Positions 59,175-64,000 of a stretch of 64,000 bases of DNA are shown here, in pieces; the stretch's first letter is position 1; every line of letters begins with the position of its first letter. Both the position numbers and the translations under genes were made by a program. The stretch spans positions 1 through 64,000 of IMG/VR virus record IMGVR_UViG_3300024264_000013; one strand, 5' to 3'. The DNA comes from a virus. A model generated the notes under the pieces. It was given only the letters and a program-made list of their open reading frames with translations, searched no databases and was not told the origin of the DNA.

Positions 59175-60614
59175 TTAGCCGTTGAGAGCGATTCGCCAGG
59201 TACCTTTTGGATATAATCCCTCAACACTTAATAGCCATTCTTCGCCGTCCCAGCGATATTGAATGCCTGTTTTCAGATTAGTTGTATATGTAACTTCTTT
59301 AGTTGTAGATGCTGTAAACACAACTTCCCATTTTATACCATTCCATTCAACAATATCGTTGCGTTTAGCAACTAGATCTTCGTTTGCTGTGCCTTTCCAT
59401 GCATCAGCACCGTCATAGTTATCTTCGTCACCAATATCATTTAACAATAATATTCTACCACCTAAACCTTTCATTACTGACGTTGGTACAGTTTTTTGTG
59501 GATCAATAATGTAATCAATAGTTGTCCATTGATTATTGTTTCTAGTAGGACCTTGTATAATAGTATTACTTGGAAATGTATCGGCATCCCAATCAATAAC
59601 CAATTGTGATTCATCCATAGGATTCATACTAATTGTACCAGTAATTTCGTGTGTTTCTTCATTAAGTTTTGTAAAGTAAATTCTACTAATACCGTCTTGA
59701 TATTGTCCAGGATGTGAGTCTAATATTTGTCTCCAATTAGTAGCACCTACTATGCCACGACTTTCTATTTGTGCTAATGTGCCCTGTACATATATACCGT
59801 AATCTTGATAATTAGTTCCAACTACATGTTTAGCCGCAGTAGTTTCAACTGAACGATTTCCGTCTTTGTCTACTACTCCAGGCACAACACTATCATCATA
59901 TGAATTCAGTGTTGGCATACTTAATCCTAAGTCTAATGTTCCTGTATTTTCATCAAAAATACTTGTTATAATGTTTGTAATTACACCAAGTCTTTTAACT
60001 TTAACTGGAGGACTAATGTAAATTGGTGTACTAAATGTTAGTGTCGAAACATCAATTTCACTATCAACACCTACAGGTACACTTCTTGAACTCCAAGTAA
60101 CACTATCTAACATAACCGCAGTTAGACTAGTCCAGTCAATATAGTTATCTGTAGTTTGTAATTCTAAACTAGGATTAAACAATACTAATATTTGTTCTAA
60201 TATTTGTAATTTCATATCTGTATTAGTTGACCAAATATCACAATTAAATGTTAACTTATATGGTGTAGGCATTAAACGTTCAACAGTATAGTTTTTACCT
60301 TCGTAATTTAAATACTCTTCGCCGTCAGTATCATATGCACGTTCTCTAATATTAACTTTACTAACATAACTAGCATCACTTGTGCGTTCTCTGTCAATTT
60401 CCATGCCAGTTACATGCACAGCAATACGTGGTGCACTAGGTATTTTGTTTTCAGTATTATCGCGTATAATATTTGCAACCTGACGTGTAAGATCACCGTA
60501 TGTTACAGGTATTTGTGTTAAATTTCCCTTACCGTCTTTGACCGAAAAGTTACTCATTAGTCTTACCATTTGAGTAACATACCGTCTTACTTGACCATCA
60601 TAAAAATGTTCCAT
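59175..60614 (-). CDS. Tail sheath stabiliser/terminator (T4 gp15-like) with C-terminal extension
   Basis: FYD.Q.RRY......., P.TYG, MPTPY.L.F..DIW......KLQILEQIL..FNP. Confidence 0.75.
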   Translation of the reverse strand: MEHFYDGQVRRYVTQMVRLMSNFSVKDGKGNLTQIPVTYGDLTRQVANIIRDNTENKIPSAPRIAVHVTGMEIDRERTSDASYVSKVNIRERAYDTDGEEYLNYEGKNYTVERLMPTPYKLTFNCDIWSTNTDMKLQILEQILVLFNPSLELQTTDNYIDWTSLTAVMLDSVTWSSRSVPVGVDSEIDVSTLTFSTPIYISPPVKVKRLGVITNIITSIFDENTGTLDLGLSMPTLNSYDDSVVPGVVDKDGNRSVETTAAKHVVGTNYQDYGIYVQGTLAQIESRGIVGATNWRQILDSHPGQYQDGISRIYFTKLNEETHEITGTISMNPMDESQLVIDWDADTFPSNTIIQGPTRNNNQWTTIDYIIDPQKTVPTSVMKGLGGRILLLNDIGDEDNYDGADAWKGTANEDLVAKRNDIVEWNGIKWEVVFTASTTKEVTYTTNLKTGIQYRWDGEEWLLSVEGLYPKGTWRIALNG

Positions 60615-61768
60615 TAGTTATCCGCCTTTGGACGTAGTGCCTTTGAAAGACTTTGTTTCTCTTTAACTGTTTCGCCACCAATTTGTGATTGCGCTGGGTT
60701 ATTAATAAATGTAGTTTTTTGTGTATTACGTGTATCAGTATTTGTAAGGTCAACACGTATACCGTCTTGCATTTTAATCCAACGGTTGTTATTGTACTTA
60801 AATAATCTTTTAGGTGAATAATCTGTTCTCATAAAGTAATCTCCATCAACTGGCGTAGTTGGAAAACTAATACCCATTCCGTATGGAGCACCGTTATTGC
60901 CTTCAACTCCTAGTAAGTATCCTTGATAACCTGATCTATCAGGTCGATCACTTATATCGCCTGCTTGAACACCTATGTTACTTGCATCTATATCAGTTTC
61001 GTCAGCAGTTTTTAATGCAACAGTTCCATCATCATTAGTTGCTAGTGTATAATAGTGTCCTGTATCATAACCTGACTTAGGAGCATCTGCTTCTGCTTGT
61101 GCAATTACTGCGTCATTAATTTGCATTTCTTTTTCGTAGGTTGATAATACATCACGTAATGTATCACTTGAACCTTCTTGTGCTGGTAAATCTAATATTT
61201 CTTTAAACTCTTGACTGTCAACAATTTGTTTCAATTTTATTCTATATAAATGTGGATACCATGTAGGAGAAAATCCTTCTGCGGCTCTGTTTACATCCTC
61301 AACAACGTAAAATCTTTTTAATGCTACACTGTGATCGTTAAGAGCGTATTCATCTTTTAAATGAGGAAGTTCAATTACGTCCCCTGATATAATTTTTCTG
61401 CCCAACGTTTTAACACTTCCGTTAATTGGAATAGTCATAAACAAAGTATCATTTTGTAAAAATAAACCAAATTGACTCATATCAAAATCGATATCTTGTA
61501 CATTATAGATACCACGCATTGTATAAATGTCTGGATCGTATTTTCTATCCCTGTTTTCAAGGAATAGCATGTCTTGTATGTTAGTTGTTGCAACAGCATT
61601 ATAGCGAGGCTGGTCAGCAGTTGCATCAATCTCTTCAGGATTATTTGGGCCTAAATACTTGTGTACGAATATATCTGTTCCGCCCACAGTAAACATTTCA
61701 TGGATCTGTTTGTCCATAAAATGATAGTCATTGCCCTTTTCTGGTTTATATAAGGATAGTCTCGGCAT
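60614..61768 (-). CDS. Neck protein (T4 gp14-like)
   Basis: D.LFLENRDRKY, MSQFGLF...D......, GDVIELP; start MPRLSLY 5 nt after late promoter GATAAATA (61781-74). Confidence 0.7.
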   Translation of the reverse strand: MPRLSLYKPEKGNDYHFMDKQIHEMFTVGGTDIFVHKYLGPNNPEEIDATADQPRYNAVATTNIQDMLFLENRDRKYDPDIYTMRGIYNVQDIDFDMSQFGLFLQNDTLFMTIPINGSVKTLGRKIISGDVIELPHLKDEYALNDHSVALKRFYVVEDVNRAAEGFSPTWYPHLYRIKLKQIVDSQEFKEILDLPAQEGSSDTLRDVLSTYEKEMQINDAVIAQAEADAPKSGYDTGHYYTLATNDDGTVALKTADETDIDASNIGVQAGDISDRPDRSGYQGYLLGVEGNNGAPYGMGISFPTTPVDGDYFMRTDYSPKRLFKYNNNRWIKMQDGIRVDLTNTDTRNTQKTTFINNPAQSQIGGETVKEKQSLSKALRPKADN

Positions 61769-61773
61769 ACACA

Positions 61774-61805
61774 TATTTATCGTAAGAGACAACTATCGAT
61801 AAATA
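61774..61805. promoter_or_regulatory. Back-to-back late promoters for divergent gp14 and gp13
   Basis: GATAAATA on - strand (61781-61774) and + strand (61798-61805). Confidence 0.7.
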
Positions 61806-61823
61806 CTAATGGAGACTATACAT

Positions 61824-62582
61824 ATGGCTACACTAGCAACTAAAAAACAAGAAGTTTATGACTACGTTTACGCACTATTAGGTGGCGGAATGATAGACGT
61901 TGAACTTGACCCAATTCATTATGAGACTGCTCTAGGCAAAGCATTGTCAAGATTTAGACAGCGCAGTGATAATTCAGTAGAAGAGTCATACATGTTTATG
62001 CCAACAGTGACTGATCAAAATACTTATGTACTACCTGATAATGTAATTGAAGTAAGAAAAATATTTAGACGTTCAATAGGATCACGCTCAGGAGGCGGTG
62101 ACGGCGGTACTTTGTTTGAACCATTTAACATGGCATATACAAATACATATTTGTTATCAAGTTCAAACATGGGTGGATTAGCAACATATGATATGTTCAG
62201 TCAACACCAAGAATTAGTAGGACGTATGTTTGGATCATATATTGAATTTAAATGGAACACGACTACAAAAGAACTTACGATGCTACAAAGACCACGCACA
62301 CAAGAAACGCTATTATTATTTTGTTATAATTATAGAGCAGATGAAAACTTATTATCAGATTATCTTGCAAGTCAGTGGATTAAAGATTATACACTAGCAA
62401 CATGTAAATTTATGTTAGGCGAAGCACGTAGTAAATTTGCACAAATTGCAGGCCCACAAGGTGGTAGTTCACTTAACGGTGATGCACTTAAAGCAGAAGC
62501 ACAATCAGAATTAGAAAAACTTGAAATGGAAGTATCACAACAAGTATCCGGCGGAGCAGGATACGGATTCTTGATTGGTTAA
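61824..62582 (+). CDS. Neck protein (T4 gp13-like)
   Basis: Y....LG...IDVEL, WIKDY.LA..K..LG..RSKF..I.GPQGG..LNG..LK.EA..E...L; GGAG SD favours ATG 61824 (ORF from 61809). Confidence 0.85.
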   Translation: MATLATKKQEVYDYVYALLGGGMIDVELDPIHYETALGKALSRFRQRSDNSVEESYMFMPTVTDQNTYVLPDNVIEVRKIFRRSIGSRSGGGDGGTLFEPFNMAYTNTYLLSSSNMGGLATYDMFSQHQELVGRMFGSYIEFKWNTTTKELTMLQRPRTQETLLLFCYNYRADENLLSDYLASQWIKDYTLATCKFMLGEARSKFAQIAGPQGGSSLNGDALKAEAQSELEKLEMEVSQQVSGGAGYGFLIG

Positions 62583-62791
62583 TGGATCAAGATGAACTTA
62601 AAGAAGCCTATAGGCTTTTTTGGTTAGTCAAAGGACATCTCAATACAACCGAACAAACAGTACTAAGTTCAGCAAATAGTTATTTTAAAAGACTTTGGGT
62701 TGCAGGTAGCAATGGTGCGCCATTGTACGAGTACGAAGAAGGCTTTGAAAAAGAATATCAAAAAGTACTTGACAAACAACATAATAGATAG
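62582..62791 (+). CDS. Hypothetical protein (69 aa)
   Basis: TAATG coupling to gp13; normal composition. Confidence 0.55.
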   Translation: MDQDELKEAYRLFWLVKGHLNTTEQTVLSSANSYFKRLWVAGSNGAPLYEYEEGFEKEYQKVLDKQHNR

Positions 62792-62797
62792 TATTAT
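62769..62797 (+). promoter_or_regulatory. sigma70 promoter (likely leaderless mRNA)
   Basis: TTGACA(62769-74)-17 bp-TATTAT(62792-97), ATG at 62804, no SD. Confidence 0.65.
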
Positions 62798-62803
62798 TAT
62801 ACT

Positions 62804-63448
62804 ATGCATTATGAAACAACACCTTTATTCTCTACACCTCTTCTAAAGTCACACTTAGGACCATTAGATCCTATTACACTTGCATGGCTCAAGCGTTTAG
62901 ATTATCCAAATAGCGCAGTTGCTCAGTATGGTAACGAAGATCATTTGCCTGAGTCAGAAAGAGGATTTGATGTATTAAGCCAACCAAAGTTATTGAATTT
63001 ACAAATTTTAATTAAACGTGCAGTAGATTATTTTGCTTATACAGTACTAGATGTTATTGACGATGTTGAATTTCAACTTACTACTAGTTGGATTAATAAA
63101 ATGAACACTGGTAGTGATATAGAATTACACAATCATGCTAATGCTGTAATTAGTGGAGTATATTATCCTGATGTAGGACCAACTAGTAATCCTCTTACGT
63201 TTAAAAAGAACAGGCAACACTTGAACAGTTTTCCTGAACATATACGTCCAGATACAAAACAAAACTGGAGTCAATATACTTCAGGTGAATGGACAGTAAA
63301 ACCAATGACAGGTGACGTATTAATCTTCCCTAGCCATTTAGAACATACAGTTGCTAAGAGTTTGGATAAACAAGATAGATATAGTTTGGCTTTTAATTAT
63401 TTTCCAAAAGGAAGAATAGGACAAAATTCAGTTAGGACTTTTATATGA
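62804..63448 (+). CDS. 2OG-Fe(II) oxygenase (TIGR02466-like)
   Basis: PLFSTP, SWIN......HNHANA.ISGVYY, IFPSHLEH.V......RYSLAFN. Confidence 0.8.
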   Translation: MHYETTPLFSTPLLKSHLGPLDPITLAWLKRLDYPNSAVAQYGNEDHLPESERGFDVLSQPKLLNLQILIKRAVDYFAYTVLDVIDDVEFQLTTSWINKMNTGSDIELHNHANAVISGVYYPDVGPTSNPLTFKKNRQHLNSFPEHIRPDTKQNWSQYTSGEWTVKPMTGDVLIFPSHLEHTVAKSLDKQDRYSLAFNYFPKGRIGQNSVRTFI

Positions 63449-64000
63449 AATATCAAACCACACCGTTATTTTCAATTCCGTTATTTTATGCAAATATAGG
63501 ATCAGTTAATGCTGAAACAATGACATGGATTGAAAACTTAGATTATCCAGACGAAGCGGCTGGACATGATCATACTTCAGACAAATATATTTTAAATAGT
63601 CCTCAACTATCGTCACTTAAAGAACAAATTCAAAATGCTTGTAATGTGTTTACAAAAGAAGAATTAAAAATAAATGATGATGTAGAATTTGAAATGCAAA
63701 ATAGTTGGATTAATAGACATGTAAAGGATGAACAAAATACTCTACACTGGCACAGCAATGCTATGTTAAGTGGAGTATATTATATACAAAATGAACCAGA
63801 TGCTGGAGATATTGTATTTCAAAAGTCACATTTATACTATAACTTATTTCATGACACAGTAAGGGTATCTTTTAAAGAACCTACACAATACAATACGAAC
63901 GAATTTTATGTATCACCTAGGTCAGGCGATCTAGTGTTATTTCCAAGTCATTTGGAACATATGGTTACCCCAAATCTAACAACAACTCCACGATACAGTT
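63445..64000 (+). CDS. 2OG-Fe(II) oxygenase (TIGR02466-like), truncated by window end
   Basis: ATGA overlap; MKYQTTPLFSIP...SWINRH....LHWHSNAMLSGVYY...LFPSHLEHMV.PN....RYS; not in the ORF track. Confidence 0.8.
   Translation, partial: MKYQTTPLFSIPLFYANIGSVNAETMTWIENLDYPDEAAGHDHTSDKYILNSPQLSSLKEQIQNACNVFTKEELKINDDVEFEMQNSWINRHVKDEQNTLHWHSNAMLSGVYYIQNEPDAGDIVFQKSHLYYNLFHDTVRVSFKEPTQYNTNEFYVSPRSGDLVLFPSHLEHMVTPNLTTTPRYS

Noticed and set aside
1-64000. Stop-codon reassignment, introns or inteins in core genes
   Set aside because: Portal, protease, MCP and the giant fibres are uninterrupted in the standard code at plausible lengths

Overview
AT-rich (~35% GC by eye) segment of a large T4-like (myovirus) phage genome, probably marine and of unknown host, covering the virion morphogenesis region. 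It holds two putative internal head proteins, a gp26-like baseplate/tail chaperone, tape measure, portal (gp20), acidic core protein, prohead protease (gp21), scaffold (gp22), major capsid (gp23), about 40 kb of paralogous fibre/appendage genes, and gp15/gp14/gp13. Interleaved is a sugar-modification set: HldE, HldD, GmhB, cupin, GT9-like transferase, carbamoyltransferase, SGNH protein, Maf/MptE-like protein and four 2OG-Fe(II) oxygenases. T4-type late promoters (NATAAATA) precede most structural genes. Most notable items not in the ORF track: (1) a glnA-type glutamine riboswitch upstream of an unannotated 50-aa basic peptide loosely resembling glutamine synthetase inactivating factors; (2) a -1 frameshift signal (T TTT TTC plus hairpin) fusing the gp26-like gene to a gp51/gpT-like ORF next to the tape measure gene; (3) a free-standing ~217-nt structured RNA (manA-like) with its own sigma70 promoter and terminator; (4) phycobiliprotein-like CxRD helical motifs in fibre proteins; (5) three 318-aa Cys-rich paralogues; (6) apparent avoidance of AGCT and GCWGC. 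All family assignments come from motif recognition by eye; no database search was run.
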